This document shows positions 8,623-18,491 of a stretch of 64,000 nt of DNA, one piece after another. The DNA is from Planctomycetota bacterium (GTDB taxonomy: Bacteria > Planctomycetota > UBA8108 > UBA1146 > JAJFFE01). The position numbers and the translations under genes are program-made. Each line of letters starts with the position of its first letter. The stretch's first letter is position 1. The DNA lies in the NCBI GenBank assembly GCA_050246115.1, contig JBFWWP010000032.1, positions 1,078 to 65,077 on the forward strand. The letters are read 5' to 3'. The notes below the pieces were generated by a model, which saw only the letters and a list, made by a program, of their open reading frames with translations, was not told the origin of the DNA and did no database searches.

Positions 8623-11418
8623 ATGATGCCTGCCGATTCCGCCGATCCCACCCGTCCGAGTTCCGCGTCTGCTCCCGAGGTCGTTGCCGACAGCTACGTC
8701 GACTTCCTGGTTCAGCAGCGCGTCGACTCGGGGGCCGACTTCGACCGCTTTTGTGGTGAGCGCCCGGCGCTCGCCCAAGCGCTCCGGCGCTTGCACGACC
8801 GCTTCCGAGCGGGTGTGGCCGAAGCGAGCGCTCCCATCTCGCTCGCCTTCTCCGAGAAGCTGCTCGGGCGGTACGGGCCGTGGACGGATTCGGGCGCCCA
8901 GGGTTCCGCGGCACCGGCGGGCGGTCCGTCGGCGACGGGAACCGCGACCGGCGCGCTGTCGGCTTCCGAGCCGCGTTACCAGGTTGGGGAAGAAGTCGCT
9001 CGCGGCGGCATGGGCGCGATTCTTCGGGTTTGGGACCGTTCCTTGGAGCGAACGCTCGCGATGAAGGTGATGCTCGCCGAGCGTCGAGCCTCCGGGGAGA
9101 ACTCACCGCTACTCCAACGCTTTTTGCGCGAAGCGCGGATCACCGGACGACTCGATCACCCGGGAGTGGTTCCTGTGTACGAGATCGGAGTCGACGCCAC
9201 GCAAGGGGTCTTCTTCACCATGCGTCTCGTCGCAGGGCGTGACCTCCGGCAGATCTTCGACCTCGTGCGTCGACGGGTCGATGGGTGGACCCGACGGCGC
9301 GCCCTCGAGGTCGTGCTGAAGGTCTGCGACACAATGGCTTACTGCCACGAGCAGGGAGTCGTGCATCGAGACCTCAAGCCCGCCAACATCATGGTGGGCA
9401 GCTTCGGTGAGGTCTATGTGATGGACTGGGGGCTGGCGCGGCTCGCCGACGAGTCTTGCCCGAACGTAAGCACCGACGATGGCGCCCAAAGCGCGCTCGC
9501 AATGGACGGACCGGACGCGAGCCTCACTCACGCCGGGCTGGTGCTCGGCACGCCGGCCTACATGCCGCCCGAGCAAGCATTGGGTCTGAACGAGTTGGTC
9601 GGGCCACGTGCCGACGTCTACTCGGTGGGGGCCATGCTGTACGCGTTGCTCGCGGGCTGTGCTCCCTATCGAGATGGCGAGGCGCCGCCGGCCGAAGTGA
9701 TCGCGGCCGTCCGCGTGGGGCCGCCCACAGCGATTGCGGTGCTGGATCCGCAGGCACCCGCAGGACTCGTTGCGATCTGTGAACGAGCGATGGCGCGCGA
9801 CCTGGAGCAGCGCTACGGCAGCATGGCGAGTATGGCCGATGCCCTTCGCGAGTACCTCGAGTCGGAGCAACAGGCCGCCCGGGAAGCGGAACGGGCGCGA
9901 GCCGAGGCGGAGAACGCGCAACGCGTCGCGAGCTTCCTCGCTTCCATCTTCTCGGTGTCCCACCCGGAGGAGGCCCGGGGGGCAAGCGTCTCTGCACGAG
10001 AGATCATTGACCGCGGCGCCGAGCGAATCGACCAAGATCTCGCGGATCAGCCCATCGTCCAGGCGACCTTGCGCCACACCCTCGGCGAGATCTACCGCAA
10101 TCTCGGACTCGTCGAGCCCGCCAGTCGCATGCTCGAGGCCGCGCTGGCGATGCGCGAAGCGGGACCGTGTGCTGACCCGGTCGAGGCCGCCCGCACACTG
10201 ACGGCGCTCGCCTCCGTTCGAGCGCAACAGGCTCGCAGTGGCGAGTCGCTGCCGCTGTTCCGACGCGCCCTCGAACTCCGGCGTTCAGTCTTGGGCAACG
10301 AGCATCCGGCGATCGCCGCGAGTGCGAGTGACCTCGCGGCCGCCTTGTGGGAAAGCGGCGACTATCGCGCGGCGGAACCTGTGATCCGTGACGCCGTGGA
10401 CCTCATGCGACGACTGGGTCTGGGAAAGACCCGCGAGATGGCGCCGGTGCTCCTGAACATGGCGCTCGTCTTGTTCGCCCAACAGCGGTGGAGCGAGGCG
10501 GTTCCGTGCTACCGTGAGGCGCTCGAGATCTTCCGGGAACAGGCGCCCGACTCCATCGAAGCGGCTTCGTGCGCCAACAACTTCGGAGACTGTTACTTCG
10601 CCATGGGAGACTACGCAGGTGCCTGGGAGTTGCACCAGGAGTCCCAGCGTTTGCGCCAGAACCTGTATGACGCGAGACATCCGGCCACGGCGATGGGCTA
10701 TCAGAATCAGGGAACCACCTTGGTGGCATGGGGTGACGCTGCGCGTGCCATACCGCTGCTCGAACTCGCGCTCGATATCCGCAGGGAGAGGTTTGGGAGC
10801 GAGCACCCTTCCGTCGCTACTTGCTACGCGAATCTCGCGACGTGTGCACGGGACCAAGGGCGCCTGACCGACGCCGAAGCGCTGCACCGGGAAGCGCTCC
10901 GAATCCGTGAAGCCAGCTTGGGACCAGAGAGCCCGGTCGTGGCCTCGAGTCTTGCTGGTTTGGCGGCTATCCTCGTGGCGGTCGGTCGGTTGGAGGAGGC
11001 CGAGTCCTTGTACGAACGCTCCTTGCGAATCCGCCGTCAGAAGATTGGCGATGACTACTTCGGCAACTGGACGAACGAGTTGGGACTGGCGACGATCGCG
11101 CATGCGCGCGGCCAACTGGCGGTAGCTCGAGCGAGTGCCCAGCGGGTCATCGATGCCTACGAGCGCCATTTGCCTCGGCACCCCAATGCCGCTTCGGCAC
11201 GTCACCTGCTCGCCACCATCCTAGCCGACCTGGGTGACCTCGAGGCTGCGGCGACACAGGCCCGCGAAGCGGCTGCCATTCGTCGCGAGCGTTTGCTTCC
11301 GACGCACCCCGCGCGGGCCGAATCGGAACAGCTCTGGCTGCGCCTCGAGGATGCGGGCCGGGACGGGGCGGGGCCACGCACGACGCACCCGCCAAACGAA
11401 ACGGAGAATCCTTGCTGA
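8623..11418 (+). CDS. Serine/threonine protein kinase with C-terminal TPR repeats
   Basis: Kinase subdomains GGMGAILRVWD...LAMKVM (GxGxxG / VAIK-like), HRDLKPANIMV (catalytic loop), DWGLAR (DFG-like) and APE-like PAYMPPE. C-terminal half is repetitive TPR-like (NLGLVEPASRMLEAALAMRE etc.). Confidence 0.85.
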   Translation: MMPADSADPTRPSSASAPEVVADSYVDFLVQQRVDSGADFDRFCGERPALAQALRRLHDRFRAGVAEASAPISLAFSEKLLGRYGPWTDSGAQGSAAPAGGPSATGTATGALSASEPRYQVGEEVARGGMGAILRVWDRSLERTLAMKVMLAERRASGENSPLLQRFLREARITGRLDHPGVVPVYEIGVDATQGVFFTMRLVAGRDLRQIFDLVRRRVDGWTRRRALEVVLKVCDTMAYCHEQGVVHRDLKPANIMVGSFGEVYVMDWGLARLADESCPNVSTDDGAQSALAMDGPDASLTHAGLVLGTPAYMPPEQALGLNELVGPRADVYSVGAMLYALLAGCAPYRDGEAPPAEVIAAVRVGPPTAIAVLDPQAPAGLVAICERAMARDLEQRYGSMASMADALREYLESEQQAAREAERARAEAENAQRVASFLASIFSVSHPEEARGASVSAREIIDRGAERIDQDLADQPIVQATLRHTLGEIYRNLGLVEPASRMLEAALAMREAGPCADPVEAARTLTALASVRAQQARSGESLPLFRRALELRRSVLGNEHPAIAASASDLAAALWESGDYRAAEPVIRDAVDLMRRLGLGKTREMAPVLLNMALVLFAQQRWSEAVPCYREALEIFREQAPDSIEAASCANNFGDCYFAMGDYAGAWELHQESQRLRQNLYDARHPATAMGYQNQGTTLVAWGDAARAIPLLELALDIRRERFGSEHPSVATCYANLATCARDQGRLTDAEALHREALRIREASLGPESPVVASSLAGLAAILVAVGRLEEAESLYERSLRIRRQKIGDDYFGNWTNELGLATIAHARGQLAVARASAQRVIDAYERHLPRHPNAASARHLLATILADLGDLEAAATQAREAAAIRRERLLPTHPARAESEQLWLRLEDAGRDGAGPRTTHPPNETENPC

Positions 11419-12182
11419 CGCCGATCACGAGCACGCGCAATCCCGAGGTGCGCCGACTCTGCACCCTCGCCACCGCCGCGGGCCGCCGCGAGCAAGGGAC
11501 GTTCTTGGTAGAGGGTTTGCGAGCCATCGACGGCTTTCTCGCCGCGGGCTGGATACCTCGACAGGCCTTCTTCGTCGACACCGGCGAGGCGCCACCTCAC
11601 TGGTCGCCGCTGTGGGCGCGTCCCGTCGCGAGTCTGGTGGCCCACAAGCTCAGCGGGCAGAAGACTCCATCCGGCTTCGCCGCAGAGTTTGCGATTCCGG
11701 TGCCCGCGGAACTCGACGAGCGGCACGGCGGCCTTGTCTGCGCAGGGGTCGCCGATCCGGGCAACCTCGGGACACTGCTGCGCAGCGCGGCCGCCTTCGG
11801 GGTCGAACAGGTGCTGCTGGTTGGGGGAGCCGATCCCTTTGCCCCCAAGGTCGTGCAAGCGAGTGCTGGAGCCCTCGCCTCATTGCGCCTCCGACGTGTG
11901 GACTCGATTCGGCTCGGTCTGGGGGGGAGCGCACGCGCCCCGATCGTCGGACTCGTCGTGGACGGCGGCGAGTTGCTCGGTGCCCAGCCCCGTTGGCCCG
12001 TATGGCTCGCAGTCGGCGGTGAGGCGCATGGGCTCGACAGCGAGGCGCTTGCTTGCTGCGACCATCGCTTCACACTGCCCATGCCGGGCGCGGCGATCGA
12101 AAGCCTCAACGCGGGTGTGGCTGGAGCCCTGGCCCTGTTCTTGCTCCGGGGGCTGCACCGCGACTCGCTGGCCGGTGCGTAG
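11412..12182 (+). CDS. SpoU/TrmH-family RNA 2'-O-methyltransferase
   Basis: TTG start overlapping the kinase stop. N-terminal TSTRNPEVRRL. SpoU motifs GVADPGNLGTLLRSAAAFG, ASAGAL and LPMPGAAIESLNAGVAGALALF. Confidence 0.75.
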   Translation: MLTPITSTRNPEVRRLCTLATAAGRREQGTFLVEGLRAIDGFLAAGWIPRQAFFVDTGEAPPHWSPLWARPVASLVAHKLSGQKTPSGFAAEFAIPVPAELDERHGGLVCAGVADPGNLGTLLRSAAAFGVEQVLLVGGADPFAPKVVQASAGALASLRLRRVDSIRLGLGGSARAPIVGLVVDGGELLGAQPRWPVWLAVGGEAHGLDSEALACCDHRFTLPMPGAAIESLNAGVAGALALFLLRGLHRDSLAGA

Positions 12183-12462
12183 ATCGGAGCTTCGCTCCGA
12201 ACGGACCGGCTGGCCCAGCGACTCTTCACCGGCGGAACCGCCCGAAGCCGCCCGCACCACGGCCCCTGTCCGTGTACTCCAGTGCTTCACGGCATCCGCC
12301 CCGACCCCCGAGCAGACGTGACCCAGCAACGAAAACGCGGTCGACCGACACGAACGTCGGACCACCGCGTTTTCTTCTTCGAAATCGGTGCTCGCCACGC
12401 CGCCTCCGAGGAGGCCAATCAGGCGGCGTGCGCGCTGCACCCGATCCAATCCCCGATGGAGG

Positions 12463-15400
12463 CTATGGGCACGGCATGTCGGCCGAGCACCCGAGCGTGT
12501 CCTCCTCGCCTGGGTCTGTGCCGCATCCCTCCACGAAGGGCTCGGGCGGGTTCGAGCCATTGGCGAACAAGTATCCAAGGAGGTAGATCGGGTCGCTGAT
12601 ATCCAAGTTGCCGCTGTCGTTCACGTCGCAGGCATCGTCGCAGGCTGCCGCTCCGCCGCCCGCGAACAGGAGTGAGAGCATCCGCACCGCGTCCGCGATA
12701 TCGACCGCACCGCTGGGGTTGCAGTCGCCGCGTACGAACTGCGGCAATCCAATCGCCGTGACCCCGACCGAGACCACCCAGTCCTGGACCGTAGTGCCAC
12801 CGGGCGCCGTGACGATCACGCGGAACGGGCGGTTGCCTGTCTGTACCCCGGTCGGCGTCCACTGAATCTGGCCAGTGTCGGGATCGATCGCAGCTCCTTG
12901 CGGTGCCAACGGCAACTGATAGTCGAGGCTACCGGCTTCCAAGCCAGGCAGGTAACCGTCTACGTCGTAGAGGTACGCCACGCCGACGGCGGCAGTCAGG
13001 ACCGGGGTGCTCACGACGACCGGGCCTGACAGGATCGGGCACGCGAAATCGACGGTGCAGCAGTGAGTGTTTCCGGGTATGCCCACCGAGTCGATGCAAG
13101 TGATGCAGTAGGTGCCCGCCTTGCAGTTGGGGACTACATACATCCCGTCGCTCGCTGCCACGAAAGCGATCGTCATACCGTTGAGGCTGATCTGCATCTC
13201 TCCGCAGCAGTCGGAGGGGGCCGGCGGTGGGGTCCAAGTCAGCACGAGGTTGCTCCCTTGGAACATACACATGACGCCGTCCACGCAGGGATCGCTGCAG
13301 TCTTCGGGGTCCACGGTGCAGCAGAGTACGGTCGGCGGCGTGCCCTGGTTGCTGCACTGCAGGCAGTACTCGCCGGGCTGGCATACTCCGGGAACCGTGA
13401 AGGTCGTTGTGCCGGGAGGAACCGGGAAGGTCGTGCCGCCGGCGGTGGTGACGCTGAGCGATTGGCAGCAGTCATGGCCCGATAGGGTCCAGGTCAGTAC
13501 CACCTGGCCGTTGACCACGTCGCACACGAAGTTCGACACGCACGGAGTGGGCCCGCAGGGCGGCAACGTGATGCAGCGATCGATCGCGCAGCAGTCCTGA
13601 AGGGTGGCGTCGTGGACCGAGATCTGGAAACAGAGAACCTGGCCCGGAACACCGCCCACGACCTGAGTCGACAAGGTCACGGATCCGCCAGGCGGGACCG
13701 GTGAGAAGCTGAACGCACTCGGCGCGAAGCTCACGCCAGCCGGGAGCGCCCCCAACAGGAAGGCGTTCTCGAGGGTAAAAGGAGAGACGTTCGTGAGCGT
13801 GAACTGATAGGTGTACTGGCCCGGGTTGAGCGGGTCACAGACGACCGACGCGTTCGAGACCTGGACGCAACCACAATCGGGTAGGTCCACACAGAACTCC
13901 GTGCCGCAGCAGTCCTCGAAGTTCGAGTCGAGCAACCCGAGGCGGAAGCACGCCTGGGTTCCACCCGTGCCGTTCGTGATCACGAACGTGACGGTCGCGC
14001 TGGCGCCGTTGGCGAGCGGCGGGCTCTGCGGAAACACGTTGGGCGAAGCCACCACCGGCGCCCCGGGAACGGTGGACGTCGGTGGAATCACGATGTTGGT
14101 GACGGGCACCCCCGAGTCGTTGGTCACCGTCATGTTGACGACGAACGTCGTGCCGGTCGGGTCGGTGAGGTCGCACAGGACTTCTACGTCGGTGATGGCC
14201 GCGCAGTCCGACGATGCAAACACCTCGGGAATCAGCACAAGGGTGCCGAGCGAGGTCTCCATCGAAGGGCCGCCACTCGCGGCGATGAAGGTGCTGTCGT
14301 CCCACTGCCCGCGAAGGTAGAGGTTGGCGTTGGTGTTGTCTTGATTGCGCACCAGCCAATTGAAGTAGCCCTCCCGCGGCGGGCCGGCGACGTTGGGTGC
14401 CAACCCGAATCCGGGTACGACTCCGGGGTTGCCCGTTTCCTCGCCGAACTCCCAGTCGAACGTCACGGCGCCGTTCACCAGCGGCACTTTCGCGATGTTG
14501 AGTGCGTCCGCTGTGATCCGAAGCGTGCGAGCTACGGTCCACATGGTGTAGTAGTTGCCACGGTTCCCTTCGCCGAGTCCGCCGATCGAGTCCTCGTGCC
14601 AGCCGGCCCCGAGCCAATCAATGGCTGCCTGACGTTTGGCTGCGATCGTGTTCAGCGGCGCCGGGGCCGCGGCAATCACGGCGCCCACCGGGACGATCGA
14701 CTCGGTTTCCACGAGTGCCAGCCCCGAGAGACCCGCGGACGTCGTCGATCGTCCTTGGTTGGTCGGCCAGGTAATGAGGGGCGAGTTCGAGTCGTAGCCG
14801 AACCACTGGGGGCCCGCCGCGTTCGGCTGGTGGAAGACCAGGCAGTACTCGGCTTCCTGCTTGATCCAGTCGGGAACAGGAATGTTGTAGTTGGTGGCCT
14901 CGGCACCCTCGAGTGTTACGAACATCCAGCTGTTGATGGACTGGTCGCTGCGCACCGATGGACCGGTGTAGTTCCAACCGCCGCGCGGGCCGCTCGGGGG
15001 AGCGCTGTTCTGTTGGGTGCCGATGAAGTCGATGAGATCCTCGACAACGGTCTTGTAAGAGTCACCGGCAAATGGACCCACCGTAACGAGACGGGCCGGT
15101 GACAGCGCGGCAATGATGGCCGCGGTCGAGATGGCGACCTGGTAGTTGTCCGAGGTGCCCATGCACGGCCGAATGCTACGTCCGTTCCCGTTCAAGTCGG
15201 AAACCCCGTTTGCGACCGCGCCCCGAACGACGTCAGCGTTTGCGGCAACAGTGCCCGCCACCACGAGGTTCGCGAACAGCTGATCGAGGCCACGTTGGAC
15301 GAACTCGGCGTAGATGTCGTCGTCGCTGGCGATTGGAGTGGTGGGCTTGTGTCCCTTGTTGCCGAAGCACCAGAGTGCGAACCCGCCCTCTGCACAGGGG

Positions 15401-15942
15401 TTGAAGCCAGGCCAGGCTCCGCTCGGAAGCTGCTGCAGGTAGAGGCGACGGAGACCGTTCTCGATGGCAATGTTGACGTCGATTTGCAGGCCCGCTGTTT
15501 GCGGGACCGAGGACGGGTCGGTGGGATCGATGATTTGAATGAACACGGAGTCAGAGAAGGTGTTGCTGAACCCATCGACGGCGGTCAAGGTTGCAAGGAT
15601 CGTCTCGTTGGTACTGAAGTTCAGGAGGTTGAAAGTCACCTCTTCGACGATGAACTTGGGGTCGGAGACGATGCCCGACAGGTTGCCGTCATCCACCACC
15701 TGTACGTTTGCGTTGGGGGCGAAAGACCAAGTGTAGCTGGAGCCAAGGGCGCCGGCTCCGCCACCGTTGGCATTGCCCCAGACGAGCGTTCCAACCGCAG
15801 GACGGGCGGGGTGCGGGGCAGTCCGCGGCATGTGCGGCGCGCCGGGCATAACGTTGACCTGGGTCAGCTGCGCATGCGCCGCGGTGGCGACGAGGAGGCA
15901 GAAACCAAGGGAAGTGAGCGACACAGCTCGGCAGCTCGTCAT
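12463..15942 (-). CDS. Very large secreted multidomain protein (1159 aa): signal peptide, possible alpha/alpha-toroid (prenyltransferase/terpene-cyclase-like) region, five DCC/CC Cys-motif repeats, C-terminal dockerin-like module
   Basis: Signal MTSCRAVSLTSLGFCLLVATAAHAQ. Repeated motifs FEDCCGTEFCVDLPDCG, LQDCCAIDRCITLPPCG, HDCCQSLSVT, SDCCGEMQISLNG, HCCTVDFACP. C-terminus GDCNPSGAVDIADAVRMLSLLF ... CDVNDSGNLDISDPIYLLGYLF ... CGTDPGEEDTLGCSADMPCP. Confidence 0.7.
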   Translation of the reverse strand: MTSCRAVSLTSLGFCLLVATAAHAQLTQVNVMPGAPHMPRTAPHPARPAVGTLVWGNANGGGAGALGSSYTWSFAPNANVQVVDDGNLSGIVSDPKFIVEEVTFNLLNFSTNETILATLTAVDGFSNTFSDSVFIQIIDPTDPSSVPQTAGLQIDVNIAIENGLRRLYLQQLPSGAWPGFNPCAEGGFALWCFGNKGHKPTTPIASDDDIYAEFVQRGLDQLFANLVVAGTVAANADVVRGAVANGVSDLNGNGRSIRPCMGTSDNYQVAISTAAIIAALSPARLVTVGPFAGDSYKTVVEDLIDFIGTQQNSAPPSGPRGGWNYTGPSVRSDQSINSWMFVTLEGAEATNYNIPVPDWIKQEAEYCLVFHQPNAAGPQWFGYDSNSPLITWPTNQGRSTTSAGLSGLALVETESIVPVGAVIAAAPAPLNTIAAKRQAAIDWLGAGWHEDSIGGLGEGNRGNYYTMWTVARTLRITADALNIAKVPLVNGAVTFDWEFGEETGNPGVVPGFGLAPNVAGPPREGYFNWLVRNQDNTNANLYLRGQWDDSTFIAASGGPSMETSLGTLVLIPEVFASSDCAAITDVEVLCDLTDPTGTTFVVNMTVTNDSGVPVTNIVIPPTSTVPGAPVVASPNVFPQSPPLANGASATVTFVITNGTGGTQACFRLGLLDSNFEDCCGTEFCVDLPDCGCVQVSNASVVCDPLNPGQYTYQFTLTNVSPFTLENAFLLGALPAGVSFAPSAFSFSPVPPGGSVTLSTQVVGGVPGQVLCFQISVHDATLQDCCAIDRCITLPPCGPTPCVSNFVCDVVNGQVVLTWTLSGHDCCQSLSVTTAGGTTFPVPPGTTTFTVPGVCQPGEYCLQCSNQGTPPTVLCCTVDPEDCSDPCVDGVMCMFQGSNLVLTWTPPPAPSDCCGEMQISLNGMTIAFVAASDGMYVVPNCKAGTYCITCIDSVGIPGNTHCCTVDFACPILSGPVVVSTPVLTAAVGVAYLYDVDGYLPGLEAGSLDYQLPLAPQGAAIDPDTGQIQWTPTGVQTGNRPFRVIVTAPGGTTVQDWVVSVGVTAIGLPQFVRGDCNPSGAVDIADAVRMLSLLFAGGGAAACDDACDVNDSGNLDISDPIYLLGYLFANGSNPPEPFVEGCGTDPGEEDTLGCSADMPCP

Positions 15943-16033
15943 GGGGACACCTTACACTTTCGGCTGAGCCGGGAACCGCGCTCTGCGGTCCTTCGGTTTG
16001 CGGATCGGGGATTCCTCGTCGTTCTTCTGATCA

Positions 16034-16705
16034 CTACGAGCACGGTGGAAAGTCGAGACAGCTGAGTTGGTCGTTGGTCGGATCGGTCCCGCAGCCGGGG
16101 TAGGGCGCCGGCGGAGGCGCGGCGCCACCGAACAGCACGGACAACGTACAAATCGCGTCCGCGATGTTCGCTTGCCCGTCGTCGTTACAGTCGCACGCGT
16201 CGAAACAGACCGGAGTCACGCCCTGTGAGAACAGGTAGCCCAAGAGAGAGATTGGATCTGCAATGTTGAAGTTGCCATCGGCGTTGCAGTCGCCTCGGAT
16301 GAGGGACGGTGTTCCGCAGCCCGGGAAGGTCAGGTCGAGCGCGACCGCGCAGCATTCCCCGAGGTCGGCATCGTGCAGGGACAAGAAGAGGCTTAGTTCC
16401 TGACCAGGGAATGCGCCGAAGACGGTGGCATGGAGGATCAGAGTCTGATCGGCGGCAAGGCCGAGGGATTCTTGCGGAGTGAGGGAGAAACCGATGTTCG
16501 GCGGCAGCGTTGGGTCGCCCAGGATGAATGCGTACTCCAAGGTGAAGCTCGCGAGGCTGTGGACCGACAACTCGAGGTCGTAGGTCGCCGTCGCCACATC
16601 CAGGCATTGGAGCGTCGGCACGACTTCGATGCAGTTCGCCACGAGGGGGGGGCCGCTCGACCCAACGGCGACCAACACCGCCACAGCAAGGAAGTTTCCG
16701 CGCAT
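16034..16705 (-). CDS. Small secreted protein with one CC Cys-motif and C-terminal dockerin-like module
   Basis: Signal MRGNFLAVAVLVAVGSS. LSLHDADLGECCAVALDLTFPGCG parallels the repeats in the 12463..15942 protein. C-terminus IRGDCNADGNFNIADPISLLGYLF ... CDCNDDGQANIADAICTLSVLF ... CGTDPTNDQLSCLDFPPCS. Confidence 0.6.
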   Translation of the reverse strand: MRGNFLAVAVLVAVGSSGPPLVANCIEVVPTLQCLDVATATYDLELSVHSLASFTLEYAFILGDPTLPPNIGFSLTPQESLGLAADQTLILHATVFGAFPGQELSLFLSLHDADLGECCAVALDLTFPGCGTPSLIRGDCNADGNFNIADPISLLGYLFSQGVTPVCFDACDCNDDGQANIADAICTLSVLFGGAAPPPAPYPGCGTDPTNDQLSCLDFPPCS

Positions 16706-17072
16706 GGTATTCCTAACGGCCGAACTGGCGGCCCTCTGGTCGAGCCGCCGCGTGGATCGGCACGATGAGCCTTGTCCAATCGAGAATCCGAAGTTGTGGT
16801 CCCACAGAAGAAAAGCCCGTCAGAAAAGCCCGTCTACGTCACGAGATGTTAGGTGCTGTCGAGGTGCTTGTAAAGGAATTGTGAAGCCCGCCGCGAATCG
16901 AACGGAGTGGGTGGTGACGGTATGGGGAGCGGGCTCGGGCGGCGCTTGGTGGGGGGGGGCGGTGGGGCATCCGTAGAACTGCTGAGTCGTTGACGCAAAA
17001 GAAGGTGAACCAAGGCCGGGCGACAGCCGATGACCGAGCAGGGAACACCGACCATCTCGAAGGGAGGCCAAG

Positions 17073-17450
17073 GTGAAGTCTGATCGAGTCGAACGCCGGC
17101 GAACCGTACGAGTGCCCTTCCGAGAGTCCACGACCGTCACCCTAGGTGGACGGTCGTGGACTGGGTGTACGCTGGACATGAGCCTGGGAGGTATGCGTTT
17201 TCGCGCCGACGAGGACGAGGGCCTGCCGAGTCTCGGCACGACGATCGACGGGTTGTTGCCGATTGCGCCTGGGCAACCGGTCACGGCGCTCTTCGAGGTG
17301 ATTCATCGAGAGCAGCGCGACCTCGGTCTGGCTTTGCGTGCCATCTCCGCGGACGGATTCGCTCACCTGCGCGAAGTGGTTCGCTGGAACTCGCCGACGG
17401 GTCACGATGGCTTCGCGGAGCTCACGGAGCTTCTCCGGGACGGCGACTGA
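17073..17450 (+). CDS. PilZ-domain c-di-GMP-binding protein
   Basis: RRRTVRVPF (RxxxR) and DMSLGGMRF (D/NxSxxG) PilZ signature motifs. GTG start after the AGGCCAAGG SD-like sequence. Confidence 0.7.
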   Translation: MKSDRVERRRTVRVPFRESTTVTLGGRSWTGCTLDMSLGGMRFRADEDEGLPSLGTTIDGLLPIAPGQPVTALFEVIHREQRDLGLALRAISADGFAHLREVVRWNSPTGHDGFAELTELLRDGD

Positions 17451-17524
17451 CCGTGACCCAAGAGGTCCGCCCGATCGATACGCCTGCAAGTGCGGGTTCG
17501 GGCGGTCGTCGATCGACGGGATGA

Positions 17525-18409
17525 TCAGGCCGGTTGGGGGCTTCGCGTCCTTACCGAGACCACGGGGCACTCGCCCAGACGTTGGAGCAGGTTGGCGTCG
17601 GCGCCGGCAACAATGACCGCCCGTGGACTGCTGATTGCCCCCGGCTCCAGCGCTTCCTCACGAACGAACTGGACCTGACCGGAGCGCGCCGCCTGCCGTA
17701 GGAACCGGAGGACCAGACCCGTGTGATCGACGAACATGACCGGGCAGGGTGCCGTGGTCGCCGTCTCCCGAGCCGGGCCGCCGCCGCCACCGGGCGCGGC
17801 CTCGGAGCCCGACGCCGGGGCAGTCCGGCGCACGAACGGCACGTCGGAAGGGATGGTCGCCTGCGTCGCGTGGAGCTCTCGGACAGGGAGGAAGACTGCG
17901 ACGTCGCTAGCCTCGCCGCCGACCCGCATGACGATGCGCAACGACTCCGGATGCACTCCGGCTTCCGGAGGAAGCGCGAGCCCAGCGGGGTAGTGTTCCA
18001 CCGCCCGTTCATCGACCTTCGTGGACATCCGCGCATCCGGGCTCGCGAGTCGATTCCACGACCCGAGAAGGACGTTCCAGATCTCAGTCAGCGCTTCCTC
18101 GACGAAGCCACCGAAGACGAACGGCTCGTCCGCGCGCGGTGGGTCCATGAGCATGGCGGCGTATGCCATGAGTAGCGCGAGCCGCTCACTCACTAGGATT
18201 CCGCCGACTCCGGAGGCATTGCGAATGTAGCAGGCGCGGCAGCACACGTGGCCGGCCTTGCCGGCACCGAGCAGGTCGTGAACCGAGGCGATGCTCAGGT
18301 TCCCGAGATCGAATGTCACCGGCAAGCCCAGGAGATTCGTCAGGTCGGTCGCAACGCCTTCGAAGCTCTTTCGGAGCTCGGCCTCGAAACTACGGCTGAT
18401 TCGCGCCAT
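17525..18409 (-). CDS. CheC/CheX-family chemotaxis phosphatase-like protein
   Basis: FEGVATDLTNLLGLPVTFDLGNLSI and EALTEIWNVLLGSWNRLASP resemble the paired E-x2-N...P repeats of CheC-type CheY-P phosphatases. Sits last in the cheX-cheY operon. Confidence 0.5.
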   Translation of the reverse strand: MARISRSFEAELRKSFEGVATDLTNLLGLPVTFDLGNLSIASVHDLLGAGKAGHVCCRACYIRNASGVGGILVSERLALLMAYAAMLMDPPRADEPFVFGGFVEEALTEIWNVLLGSWNRLASPDARMSTKVDERAVEHYPAGLALPPEAGVHPESLRIVMRVGGEASDVAVFLPVRELHATQATIPSDVPFVRRTAPASGSEAAPGGGGGPARETATTAPCPVMFVDHTGLVLRFLRQAARSGQVQFVREEALEPGAISSPRAVIVAGADANLLQRLGECPVVSVRTRSPQPA

Positions 18410-18491
18410 GAAGTTCCTCCGCGGCTTCGGGTGCCCGGCGATCAGGAAGGCCCGAAGGCCTTCACGACCGGCTCAACGCCCGGACCCGGTC

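Noticed and set aside
16760-17072. Unusually long (~310 bp) intergenic region upstream of the PilZ gene containing G-runs (GGTGGGGGGGGGCGGTGGGG)
   Set aside because: No convincing small ORF, riboswitch-like conserved structure or repeat could be supported from sequence alone. Noted as a probable promoter / 5'-UTR region only.
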